Assembly: GCF_006345805.1 (NCBI RefSeq)
Contig: NC_043005.1
Location: forward strand, 66,278,001 to 66,342,000
Length of the DNA: 64,000 nucleotides
Direction: 5' to 3'
Origin: Octopus sinensis
Lineage: Eukaryota
The notes under the pieces were generated by a model. The model was not told the origin of the DNA and made no database searches. It saw only the letters and a program-made list of their open reading frames with translations. The translations under genes were made by a program, and so were the position numbers. Shown piece after piece: positions 51,438 to 64,000 of the stretch (positions are counted from its first letter, which is position 1; the number at the start of each line of letters is the position of its first letter).

Positions 51438-52726
51438 CGAGGGGCGTTCAATAAGTAATGCCCCTGACCCACTTCCCATAGCAGTAGAGGCAACGAACTT
51501 GGCACAGTTATTAGTCGTTTTCTACATAGGAACCACCCAGAGTTACGCATTTCTCCCATTGTTTGATGCGGCTCTGGAGACCGTTTTTGTAGAAGAACCC
51601 AGCTTGGTCCTCCAACCTCAACGTGACTTCAGAAATCAAGGCTGCATCATCTGAGAAACGCTTTCCTTTCAAAAACAACTTCATGATTGGGAAGAGGTGA
51701 AAATCAGAGGGTGCAAGGTCAGGAAAGTAGGGGGGATGGGGAGGAGTTCATAGCCATACGCCTGTGCTTCTTGTCTGGCGACAAGCGAGTTGTCGACCGG
51801 AGCGTTGTCCTTCAGGAGGAGGATGCCTTTGCTGATCTTTCCCCGCCTCTTGATTTTGATAACTTCTCTTAATTTCCTCAAAAGTGAAGCATAATAGGCT
51901 CCTGCAATTGTGGTACCCTTTGCCAGGAAATCTGTCATCACTACTCCGTCCTGGTCCCAGAAGACTGTGAGCATGACCTTGCCAGCGGAGGGCTGCACCC
52001 TTGCCTTCTTTGGAGGGGGTGAGTCACGGTGCTTCCACTGCATTGACTGGGCTTTGGTCTCTGGATCATCGTGATAGACCCAGGTTTTATCCTGTGTAAT
52101 CAGTCTTTTGAAAAATTTTGACTCATCTTTTTGGCACATCTCCAAATTCACCCTCGAGCACTCGACGCGTTCTTGCTTCTGGAAAGACGTGAGCAGCCTG
52201 GGAATCCATCTGGCAGACACCTTTTGCATATGCAAATGGTCATGAATGATAGTTTCCACAGACCCGGTACTAATCTTGACCTCATGGGCTATTTGGCGAA
52301 TAATTATGCGTCGATTTTCCAAAATGGCAGCCTCAACTTGACGGACAGATGCCTCATCAATGGCAGAAGGGGGCGACCAGATCTGAGAGCTGTTTCCACA
52401 GAGTTCCGACCATGTTTGAATTCACGATGCCAGCGTTTTACAAGGTCATATGATGGGGCATCATCACCATAAGTTACTTTTATTTCATCAAAAAGTCTCC
52501 CGTGGTGTGCATCCTTTCAAATCAAAAACGGATCACTGCTCGACACTCAACAGGCTCCATTTCACACTTGACTCGGTTCAAACACCTGTAAATCAGAAAC
52601 CACAATTAATTCAGAGCTGTAATTTGCCACTTACTCTATAGAGATATAAATGATTGCACATGCAAATTTCAGCTAGATCAAACAACTGCAAGTGGGTCAG
52701 AGGCATTACTTATTGAACGTCCCTCG
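51438..52726 (-). mobile_element. Near full-length mariner DNA transposon (1289 bp)
   Basis: 37-bp TIRs with 2 mismatches (CGAGGG(G/A)CGTTCAATAAGTAATGCC(C/T)CTGACCCACTT), with TA on both flanks. Confidence 0.95.
51511..52560 (-). pseudogene. Frameshifted mariner (DD34D) transposase
   Basis: MEPVECRAVIRF... start; WIPRLL, ITQDKTW, KDNAP and (shifted frame) PYFPDLAPSDFHLF; ends YVEND*. Confidence 0.9.
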
Positions 52727-52840
52727 TAAGAGGTATCAATCATAGGATACCTGGCACACTAGAAGAAATAGCCAAAATCCAAACCACTATTCGGGATAAA
52801 TTTCGAAGGGAATGAAAAATAAAAACATTACCATCTATTT

Positions 52841-52910
52841 CCTGGACCATGTTTTCGGACTTTAAATTAAAAAATAAAATAATTTGCTAGGCGAAGTCTT
52901 CATTAACAGG
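52841..52910 (-). ncRNA. Degenerate hammerhead relic
   Basis: CCTG-TTAATGA-A-GACTT...AAGTC-C-GAAA-ACATGG-TC-CAGG. Stems I and II are preserved but core G5 is lost. Confidence 0.45.
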
Positions 52911-53041
52911 TACGCCTAGATTAAACATATAAACGAGGCAATCCAGCATAGACCACTGGTAGTAAAAATTTCTAAATTTTTCTTACCCTAATATATTAGT
53001 ATACATATACGCATATATATCATATCATATATATATATATA

Positions 53042-53072
<31 letters not shown>

Positions 53073-53996
53073 TATATAATATATATATATATATTATATA
53101 TATAATATATATATAATATATATTTTCAGAATTACAACTATTTAGCGGTATGAGTTTTGGCTGCTCTTTCTAGTGAGTCGAATGTCCTATATGGCCATTC
53201 CTTATATTGTTGAATGTATATTATATAGTCTTTGACTATTTTTCCTTTCACTAGACGCTGGTAGCGGAAAATTTTTTCTAGAATTTTTGATACCCGTTAT
53301 TTATTAATTATATATATATATATATATATACAAGTGTGTATCTGTGTGTATGTGTGTGTATGTGTGTGTATGTCTGTGTGCTTGTATATACATTACGGTA
53401 TTCATATACCTCTCTTTAAGCGTTAAAAATTAGCATTTTAGTTTCCTATCAGTAGAGAAAATGGAATACGATATTGTTTTCTTCACACTTTCGTGAAAGA
53501 GCGTTACTTACTTGTGAGAAGTAATTGCAACTGTGAGAACGAGAAGTTACATCTCATTTTCACCGTTCGCACGATTAGTCTCTTGTTACATATCATATTG
53601 CGTAGGGATAAATCGGTTAAGTGAAATCAACATTTCCACTCGAAACATTACAATGGCTGACTGATTATATCGTATGTTTTGATTTTGCTTGTTTTAAATT
53701 AACACACGAATGTTCAAATATCATTGTTAACTGAAATTCGAAGAGGCAAGGCATCTTCTCATTCATTAATTCTCTTTCAAATTTGACATTCGAGCAAAAC
53801 TAAATTTTCCCACTATGGTACTATCAGACTCGTCTCTATTACATGCATACATAACTACATACGTACATACATACATACATACATACATACATGCATACAT
53901 ACATACACACGTAGATACATACATGCATACATAAATGCATACATACGTACATACATACATGCATACATAAATGCATACATACATACATACATACAT

Positions 53997-54065
<69 letters not shown>

Positions 54066-54283
54066 AGTTCAGCAAAAATTTAGATTCAAATGAATATGGT
54101 ACTTAATTTAGATGCACCAGAATTTTGTATGGTGTTATCCATAAAAATCCGTGGGGTGATTATAATCAAAATAAACAACAAGAATGACTCCGGTAATTTG
54201 GAGTCATTCTTGTTGCTTTTTTTGATTATATATATATAATTCGTTTTGCAAGATTCTTGATGTGAAATCGTGTGTTGAAACAG

Positions 54284-54626
54284 ATATTGTTGTATTTAGG
54301 GGTGGTCATGTTGCCAGCTTAGCCAATAAAAACACCCGCACTATATATTTGGTGTTAATTTGCTTCAGCTTTATTTTATTTTTTTTACATTGAATTCAAT
54401 AGGAATACAAAATACAAAATACAAAATGGCTGATCGTTGGTAAGGAAAGACACAAACAAGAAAGAAGAAAGCAAAGTACCACTGATGAGGTCACAGAAGT
54501 GTGACGAAAGAACTCTGGCCGAAATAAGATTAATGTATGAAATAAAATAAAGCTGAAGCAAATTAACACCAAATATATAGTGCGTGTATTTTTATTAGCT
54601 AAACTGGGAACATGACCATCCTAAAT

Positions 54627-54636
<10 letters not shown>
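54284..54636. repeat. Diverged ~95-bp inverted repeat around a hammerhead-containing spacer
   Basis: 54284-54380 versus about 54541-54636. Confidence 0.85.
54479..54518 (+). ncRNA. Hammerhead-like motif with weak stems I and III
   Basis: CCA-CTGATGA-G-GTCAC agaagt GTGAC-GAAA-GAAC-TC-TGG. Confidence 0.5.
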
Positions 54637-54695
<59 letters not shown>

Positions 54696-54740
54696 CATGA
54701 ACAAAGAGATGACACCGGGGAAAGCGAAGTTCATTAACTT

Positions 54741-54814
54741 AGTACTAGTTTCGCTATAAGATGGGTGGACTTTTAGTTGATTACCAGGAAAAAATCCTTT
54801 AGCTTCATCAGAGT
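54741..54814 (-). ncRNA. Hammerhead relic lacking stem I
   Basis: CTGATGA-A-GCTA...TAGC-GAAA-CTAG-TA. Palindromic stem III, no stem I pairing found. Confidence 0.4.
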
Positions 54815-55064
54815 ATTGAGTTTGAAGTGCATTCTATTTAGGAAAGTAACCTTTTCGGAACATAGAGGCGTTATAAGTAAGAAAGTTTATGTTGATGGCT
54901 ATGGAAAGTTCTTTTCCGCTGTCACCTCTTTGTTTCTATTACTGTGGTATACTTGTACGACATCGTGTTCTGGACCATGCGTATATCGAGTTCTGTATCA
55001 GGTTACTAGTCTCTCTATGCCTATGCGAAATATTAATATACACACCACACATTTATATATATAT

Positions 55065-55107
<43 letters not shown>

Positions 55108-55267
55108 TTTCACGTTGCTCTAGTACACTTAGCTGGCAAAAATGAGTAACGCTGCAATGGACTGGCGTCCCGTCCAGCTGTGGAAAACATACGCCATAGA
55201 AACTGGGAAACCGGCCCATGAGCCTGGCTAGGCTTTAAAAGGGCGCATTTATTTATTTTATTATAAA

Positions 55268-55338
<71 letters not shown>

Positions 55339-56004
55339 ATATATATATATAATATATAATATATATGTTGCAAGATTCCTGATGTGAAAGCGTATAGCGA
55401 AACAGATATTGGTGTAATTGGGGATGGTCTGTTTCTTCTTTTTTTTTTTGCCTAATAAACACACACACTATATATTGCTTAAATTCCTCATACTTCTCAC
55501 TCTCTTATATACTTTTTCTTTTTTCCTTCTTTTAATCCACATTTCTTTCTACACTTATATTCTCCTCTCTTACTATGTTCTCAACACATTCTAATTGAAT
55601 CTTCCGCGCGTTAACATGTACCTTCTTGCGACAGTATGAACTTTCATTTAATCAAAATATCTTTGGCCTGAAAAGTAGCCTGCAGTATACACCGCTAGTG
55701 GATATTTTCCACTTCTGATGTTCCACACGCTATGAAACATATGTAGATCGGATCTTATTTACTCCGTTCCTTAACTTTTATACATGTGTGTATATATACA
55801 TATAGGTACACACAAAATGTTTTCGTAAACTAATGTAATGCAAGAGGTATGTATTATGAGTGCTCAGTTTGGTTACCACTACGTTTCCTGTTTGAACTAC
55901 AACGTGGGGTTGTGACTGCGAATCCAAAGCGGATAGAAGTCGTTTCTCCTTGAACGGTGGTTTCTCTCGGTCTGTCTTTCCATCGACCCTTCCATCTAGC
56001 CTGC

Positions 56005-56098
56005 CAGCCATACATCCATCCATCCAGCCAGCCAGCCAGCCATCCAGCCAGCCATCTAGCCAGCCAGCCAGCCAGCCAGCCAGCCAACCGTCTATCTG

Positions 56099-56164
<66 letters not shown>

Positions 56165-56165
56165 A
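56005..56165. repeat. (CCAG)n to (TATC)n compound repeat
   Basis: Directly visible. Confidence 0.9.
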
Positions 56166-56491
56166 TTAAAAGTAACGAATTGCTCAAACAACCGGCACAT
56201 ACCATTTCGCTGGCAACAAGGTGAGTACAGGATGATAGTCAGCCAAAACTGTCGCTATGCTGTCCCTCTTCTTTCCTCTGTCTGTCTGTCTGTCTGTCTC
56301 TCTCTGCTCTCTCTCTCTCTGTGCCCCACTCTCTATACGATTATCTTAAAGCAACAGTTGTCAAATGCAAAAAGTGAAAGAACTGTTAAGACATACATAT
56401 ATACATACACACAGTAATTTCTCCCCTTCCTCCTCATCGGAACTTACATATATGTGTCTGTGTGTATATATGAATATATATGTATATATGT

Positions 56492-56540
<49 letters not shown>

Positions 56541-57945
56541 TATATACATATATATATATAATATACATATATATATATATATATATACACATATATATAT
56601 GTATATAAATATATCTCGAGTGCATGTATGTATGGATATATATATATATATCGTATATATATATACATACCTACATACATTCATGCACTCATATTTATAT
56701 ACACACATATATATACATCATTGTTGTTGTTGTTGGCATCCCTTTGTCTCGGGGAACAATGGAGTTGCGCATAAGCTAATCCAGTCTGGTTTTTACGTTT
56801 AATGTCCTCTCCAGTTTCGCGCAGGCCTGGGCTAGATGTAAGAAAATCCTGGGCAGCGCAACTTTTAGGATTCCTCTCTCGACCTTGCTAACGTAGTCCA
56901 AAGTACTACAGAGCATTACGTTTCGCACCAGCTTGGTTGCAGTGTCGAATCGAACACTAAACCGCCTACGGAGCTCCACTCCGGATTTCTTTGAAGGCTG
57001 TCTCCTTTCTGTAACCTTGGATAGGGGCCATATATATCATATATACGCATATAAATGTATATCTACAAGTATCCACTTATGTTTCTCTCTCACTCTCTCT
57101 CTCTCTCTCTATATATATAATATATATATATATATGTATATATATATATGTATATATATATACATATACCTACATATATATATATACGTATATATATATA
57201 TATATGTGTACATATATATATATATATATAATACATAGATATATTAAATATATGTACATTTCTATATGTTTACATACATTCATATTTACACATATACACT
57301 CACATAGATATATACAAACATACATATGAACACAAGTACACAGACACATAACACGTATATATATATATATATAATATATATATATATATATACATGTAAC
57401 GTATATACGTATATACATACCTATATACATACGTACGTACATGCTTTCATACATACATACATATATACAGTCAGTGAATATATTTAACAAATTATATCAG
57501 TTAAAGGTTTTCATTGAAAATATTCATTGTAAATTGCCAAGTTAGAATGACTTCTTCTCATTCTATTAAGTGGTTGCAGTCTTTCCATTTGAATAAAGTG
57601 TAATTATTTCTTCTTGATTTTCTTCTCTTGAATAATATTTTATTTTCAGGGCACAAAACATATCACACCGCGACTGTCAGACATCTATTCAAGATTGCAG
57701 GTATTAAATATTCACAGTTAGATTTGTCAGGGCCACTGCTTGAATTTAATTAAATTCACTTAGTTATTTTAACTAATGTACGTTACACACTGACGAAGTG
57801 AAACTTATCGATAAACACACACTTGCGTACATATATGTTCACACGTACAGGCAAATCACGCATGCACACACGAACAAGTAAACATACGTCTCAACACATG
57901 TTTGCATACGTGCATACATATATACATTCATAATGCACACACACA

Positions 57946-58000
<55 letters not shown>

Positions 58001-58042
58001 CATATATATATGAATTTATAATAAGGATAATGTCGTTATATA

Positions 58043-58098
<56 letters not shown>

Positions 58099-58187
58099 TA
58101 TATATTATATAGAGTGTATATGTATATATATATAGATATATATTATATATACAGATATATATATTAAATATATATATTATATAGATG

Positions 58188-58237
<50 letters not shown>

Positions 58238-58662
58238 CATATAAGCGTAACAAAAACAAGCAAATATATATTTATATACAATAACCATATACCAACACAT
58301 TCATATGAGCCAGTATTTCAACATGTAAAGGCGCGCGCATGCGTATGTGTGTGTGCCTGAGTAGAGAGTTCAAGTTAGTGAATGTTAAACAGTTATTTCT
58401 ATTTGTTACGAATATTTCCTCGTAGACATTCTTTTGAAATAGAAAAATGCACAGTGAAACTAGCAAAGAAAAATAAATGGTTTAGGATTTGTTAGATTAG
58501 ATGAATATATCACCGGAGGCTCATGAATAGAGTTATTCAACATGTAATCTGTAGGTCAGAAAAATCACAATTTTTACATTTATTTGTATTTTCAGTGTCA
58601 TTCTTTAAAAATTGAATAAGATTTCTGTTATATTAGCGGATAATTTTCATGGATAATTTTAA

Positions 58663-59045
58663 GGCGTAGGAGTGGCTGTGTGGTAAGTAGCTTACTTACC
58701 AACCATGTGGTTGTGGGTTCAGTCCCACTGCGTGGCAACTTGGGCAAGTGTCTTCGGGCCGACCAAAGCCTTATGAGTGGATTTGATAGACGGAAACTGA
58801 AAGACGCCCGTTGTATATGTGTGTGTGTGTGTGTATGTTTGTATGTCTGTGTTTGTCCCCCCCCCCCAACATCGCTTGACAAGCGATGCTGATGCGTTTA
58901 CGTCCCCCGTAACTTAGCGGTTCGTCAAAAGTGACCGATAGAATAAGTACTAGACTTACAAAGCATAAGTCCTGGGGTAGATTTGCTCGACTAAAGGCAG
59001 TGCTCCAGCATGGTACTGTCAAATGAGTGAAATAAGTGAAATCTC
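58663..59045 (+). mobile_element. CORE-type SINE family B
   Basis: Full-length family-B match. Confidence 0.85.
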
Positions 59046-59149
59046 GCTTGATTTCGCAACAACCAGGTAGAAAATACGAAACTAATAATTGTAAAAATAC
59101 ATATGTATTTACCAGTAAGTAGGTGTGCGTATTTTTGCACACGGACATA

Positions 59150-59582
59150 TATAATGATTTCAAATTTTGGCAAAAGATCAGCAATTTCGGGGGAGGGGTT
59201 AAATCGATTACCCCAGTAATCATCTCGGGTTTATTTTATCGACTACGGAAAGGATGAAAGACAAAGTTAACTTCGACGTAATTTGAACTCATACTAAGAA
59301 GTTAGAAAAAAATGCAATTAATTACTTTGCTCGGCTTGCTAACGATTCTTATTTCTTTACAACCCACAAGGGGTTACACACAGAGGGGACAAACAAGGAC
59401 AGACAAACGGATTAAGTCGATTATACCGACACCAGAGCGTAACTGGTACTGATCTAATCGACCCCGAAAGGATGAAAGGCAAAGTCGACCTCGGTGGAAT
59501 TTGAACTGAGAACGTAGCGGCAGGCGAAATACCGCAAACATTTCGCCCATGCGTGCTAACGTTTCTGCCAGCCCGCCGCCTT
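59150..59582 (-). mobile_element. Two adjacent family-A SINE copies
   Basis: Older copy at 59150-59345 and younger full copy at 59351-59582. Confidence 0.8.
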
Positions 59583-60819
59583 CACACGCACATATATATT
59601 AATGATATTGATTTTGTGAATTTCATATAATAATCGTGAGTGTATGACTTAATCAACAATCAGCGAAATCCATACACCCGATAAAATTTCGAAGTGACCG
59701 AGGGTCATCTTACAAACGCTAATTGATAAAAAATTTAACACCATCAGTTAATATCCATGAAATACATTTCATTTCAGATGCAGACGTGGTTGCGTGATAA
59801 AAAGTCTGCTTCCCATCTGCATGGTTACGAATTCAGTCGGACTGCGCATCAGCTTGGGCAAGTAACTTCTACTACACACCCGTACTGACCAATTCCTTGT
59901 GAGTGGATTTAATAGTGGAAACTGAAAGAAGCCCGTCTTATATGCATATGAGTGTGTGTGTGCGTGTGTGTGTGTGTGTACGTGTGCGTGCATTTGTGTT
60001 TGTTCCCCCATCACCGCTTAGCAACTAATATTGATATATAATATATATAATATTACATCTCCGTAAATTGACAGTTTGGCAAATGTGACAGATAGAAGTA
60101 CAGGCTTTAAAAAAATACTAAGTACTGGAATAGATTTGCTCCGCTACATTCTGCAAGACGGTAGCCTAAAGGGGAAAAATTTATTTTTAAGACTGGTACA
60201 TACATATATGGTTATCGAGTATGACTACTGCACGTAGCTTAATCAATGTTGTTATCGTGCAATGCCTGTGCAAGAAGATATTTTTTAAAGTGAGGAAAGG
60301 CTGTTTACTGAGTCAATCTCTCTAACTAAACAACAGCAGCCATAATCTGAAAAGAAGAACAAGTCGACATCATCGGTAACCACTGAGCCGCAAGTTTTAT
60401 GATGGAGTTATCCTAGTTACCCGAGTTACCTTCTCCTAGAAGGATGCCCTAACAAAGGCTAGGAGTCCTTCACTCCCAATGGTTTAACCGCGCGATCGGG
60501 TATTCAGTCCGATTATTTCTATGTCCCCGCGCAGGATACAGCCTTAAGACACGTGAAAAGCAGTCATAATTGGATGGCCGTTGACTCTCAAGAGTTCCTC
60601 CGCCCTTTGACGGGTTTTGTTTTTCATCCCGCAGGGTATCCAATAATCACCCTCCTCACCAAGCAAGCTTGGTGGGGTTGCCTGTTTAGTCACCGACGAC
60701 CCGAACATGCAACAGGTTGTACTGAGTTACATGTTACCAGTAGCACTCGAAAGTGACCTGACATACATACATACATACATACATACATACATACATACAT
60801 ACATACATACATGCATGCA

Positions 60820-61212
60820 TGTACAAGTCTTCCACTCTTGATAAGATAAGAACTGTTAGCTCTGCTATACCCATGTGGAAGATATCACCCAGATCATCAG
60901 CAGCTTCCCCAAAATGTAGAGGCCAGCTACCCAGCAGATGTGAATGTACAATCAAAAATCCAGGAAAAAGAGAACACTTGTGGTGAATCAATGCGGAACT
61001 TATGACTCTTTTACTCTGAATTTCCATTTGTACCAATCATCATAGGTGCATTAGGTTATGTACCAACAAATTTGCAAAAAAAATCTGCAAATACTTGGTT
61101 TCAGGGAAAAAGAGCAAATATATATAAAAAAAAGAGTTGGCGCAGATTCTCCAAATCCAAACTAATATTGGTACAGTGATTTGTAAGACATTCCAAACAT
61201 TCTCCATCTGAG
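60820..61212 (+). mobile_element. R4/Dong-type LINE 3' fragment (RLE region)
   Basis: VEDITQIISSFPKM ... FVPIIIGALGYVP ... GTVICKTF. Confidence 0.75.
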
Positions 61213-62012
61213 ATTCTTATGTGAATAGATGCACACACTTGGATAAATGCATCTGCAGTTCAACCAAGTCAACCACAAGTTTGGAAACACCGGGACATCT
61301 TTTAACTCAAAAACTCTTGTTGTTCTGTTAGCTCTTCTTGAACTCTCTCAAGAATTTTAATTAAACTCAAAGAAAAAACACATACATACATATATAGATA
61401 CAAAGTCTCCCGCATACACACACGCGCGCGCATGCGCATATATATACATATATACACTTGTAAATCTTTATACATTTAAAAGGATTTCATATTTTTAAGG
61501 GGTCCTTTGTGTTTCTTCTGGAACAATGGCGTTCGTAAAATAAAATCTGGTTGATAAAAAAACGCACTCAAACGCCGCCCATACTGTGGACTCAGGAATG
61601 CCTCATTGATTTAACGAACGGATTCAGAATTCCACTTCCCAGTCATGAAGCTGAATTCAATGCCAATATATAGTAACGTGGACAGATGTATATTATCATA
61701 ACTTTGAGTCAACACAAGCATTGAATGACGAACCGATGTGACGGAAATGTTTTGAAGCCTGTCGGGCGACTGTAGCTACAATATAAAACGTCAGGCGTCC
61801 CACAAGCTACAGAAATTATTCTCCCCGAAGAGAACAGGAAAGATAGATTTATCTGTAAAATAGACAATCAACCACAAGCTAATTCAATGAATAAATTGTT
61901 TCATAACTGAAATCAGTTATTCAATCAGTGGAGAGATACAAACACACACACACACACATACACACACGCACACATAGATACCTACAACATAATAAATAAA
62001 TACATACATGCA

Positions 62013-62046
<34 letters not shown>

Positions 62047-63534
62047 CATACGTACATACATAAAGACATTCAAACAAACATACAGACACACATATACACA
62101 CACATACAACCATACATACAAACATACATACACAGGCATATATATATATATACATGCTAACAGATATTTGCAGTCACACATTCATGCATACATACATACA
62201 TACTTACATACATACATACATACATGCAGACATACATACATACATACATATGTACATATATATATATATGCTGATATATATGTATATATATATATATGTA
62301 TATATAGCGAGAGAGAGGGAGAGACACAAATATATAGACAGAGACACACATACATAGACACGCACACGCACGCACACAATACACACACTCAAACACACGC
62401 ACATACATGTATACACACACATATATTTTCTACTGGTATCTCTTTATCGTTTCAATCACTGGGCTGCGTCCAAAGAAACCCCATAAAGCAAACAAAGCAG
62501 ATGTCTTAATATTGCAGTTTATCCCTAATTGAGTTCAACCATGATTAAGAAGACATTCCAGATGAGACCATTCTATTTATTTCACAAGTGCCACAAAATC
62601 ACTCCCTCATTACTGGCGACCGTCTTTATAAATGCAGGGGCGTGATTTTAGACGGTCATGGCTGCTCTTTCTAGCAGAGCGTCCGCTTTCGTAGATGTTC
62701 ACTTGTTACATTAGTACGGTGGATCTTTTCCTGCAAACATCCCGAAGTATATTAAATAAAAAGAACTATTTTCAGTTCAAACATATTAATACACAATTTT
62801 ACCATTAGGAAATCAATTGCAGGAAGAAATACAAAAAGACAAATATAAAGAATGAAAATTGTTACATATATTAGAAATAATTGCTTTGATTAATAGGGAA
62901 GAAAAAGAAAATGCATTTATAATATTTGCACAAGCTGTAATCTTGCAAGCTGTAACATGTTCTAATCAACTAATAAACTAAACTAAGCACAGAAATTTCT
63001 AGTGCACTCAGCCAGTCACCAAGTGACAAAGTATTGGGCATCATTTTGACCCGTCACGCTGTTTACGTGTTAACATCGTATATTTACTGCACTGCATGAT
63101 CCCTGTGGCATTTTAGCTTTATGTATGTTAAAATGTTCCTTAAGCATACTCGGTTTGTTCTTTCGAAACATATAACATCGTATTTTTCTAATTGCTATTG
63201 TCTTTGTAATGTTGCTATTTGTTTATATTCCCTTATTTTTCTCTATTTTTTTCTTTCATTCTCTTGGTACTTTTTTAATACATGCTATTAACATGAACAC
63301 CTTAAACCGAAGTTGTGATAATATGAAATATTGTGTTTCGCACAATCAGTCATACTTATACATTTAGACTCGTACATACGAATACATCCCTGCACACACA
63401 CACACTATGTATGTGTGTGTCATGTATATATATATATACACACATATATATATATATATATACATACATACATACATACATACATACATTTATATATATG
63501 TATTTATCCTCTCTCTGTTTATTTTCCTCATATT

Positions 63535-63572
63535 TCTTTCTGCTGAAGAGCTTTGGCTCGAAACGTAAAAGA
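63535..63572 (+). ncRNA. Minimal hammerhead with one core substitution (A6 to C)
   Basis: TCTTT-CTGCTGA-A-GAGC tttg GCTC-GAAA-CG-TA-AAAGA. Same architecture as the motifs at 21554 and 22341. Confidence 0.55.
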
Positions 63573-64000
63573 CTCTCTCACTTTCTCGAGCGTCAAGAAA
63601 CTAATACACCTGCTTCTTGTTCATACACCTGTCTTCGTCTTTTGTTTTTCTGTAAAGTGCAACTATATATATATATATATATATATATACATTTATATAT
63701 ATGTATATATATATATATATACATATATACACACACATATATATATGTATATATATGTATGTATGCATGTATGGATTGATGTATGTGTGTGTATTTGTAT
63801 GGGTTTTTTTATTTCAGTGATTTGACTGCAGCCACACTAAAGAACCGCTTAAAGCGTTTTAGACGAGGAAATCAATACCACGACATTCTTTGTAAACCTA
63901 GTACTTATTCTGTCGGTTCTTTCGCCGAACCACTAAGTTATGGCGATATAAACACACCACCACCAGTTGTCAAACGTTAGCGGGGTTTGGGAATAAACAG

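Noticed and set aside
53512-53530. 19-nt minus-strand segment with strong splice sites
   Set aside because: Frame-shifting length and far from the other candidates; cannot be linked to them.

Overview
This is 64 kb of very AT-rich, microsatellite-saturated eukaryotic DNA. The SINE families present suggest an octopus genome (inference). There is no rRNA, true tRNA, CRISPR array or long intact host ORF. Most ORF-track entries are translations of simple repeats. Recognisable content is: (i) transposon relics, including a near-full-length mariner, two mariner deletion derivatives, Tc1/mariner fragments, RTE and R4/Dong-type LINE pieces, several tRNA-derived SINE families and a Helitron-like element; (ii) at least three Penelope-like retroelements (RT plus GIY-YIG), one young and carrying an ~840-bp inverted arm; (iii) about 16 hammerhead-ribozyme motifs found by eye. 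Most are the minimal, palindromic-stem-III type known from Penelope-like elements, and many sit in fold-back structures. Three carry a compensatory U3-A8 core, and one inverted-repeat boundary falls exactly on the predicted cleavage site; (iv) a candidate minus-strand host gene with symmetric phase-1 microexons (27, 36, 12, 27, 27, 33 nt), including a duplicated 27-nt pair with a hammerhead motif between the copies. All calls were made by reading the sequence and no searches or folding were run. Coordinates of degenerate repeats are approximate.
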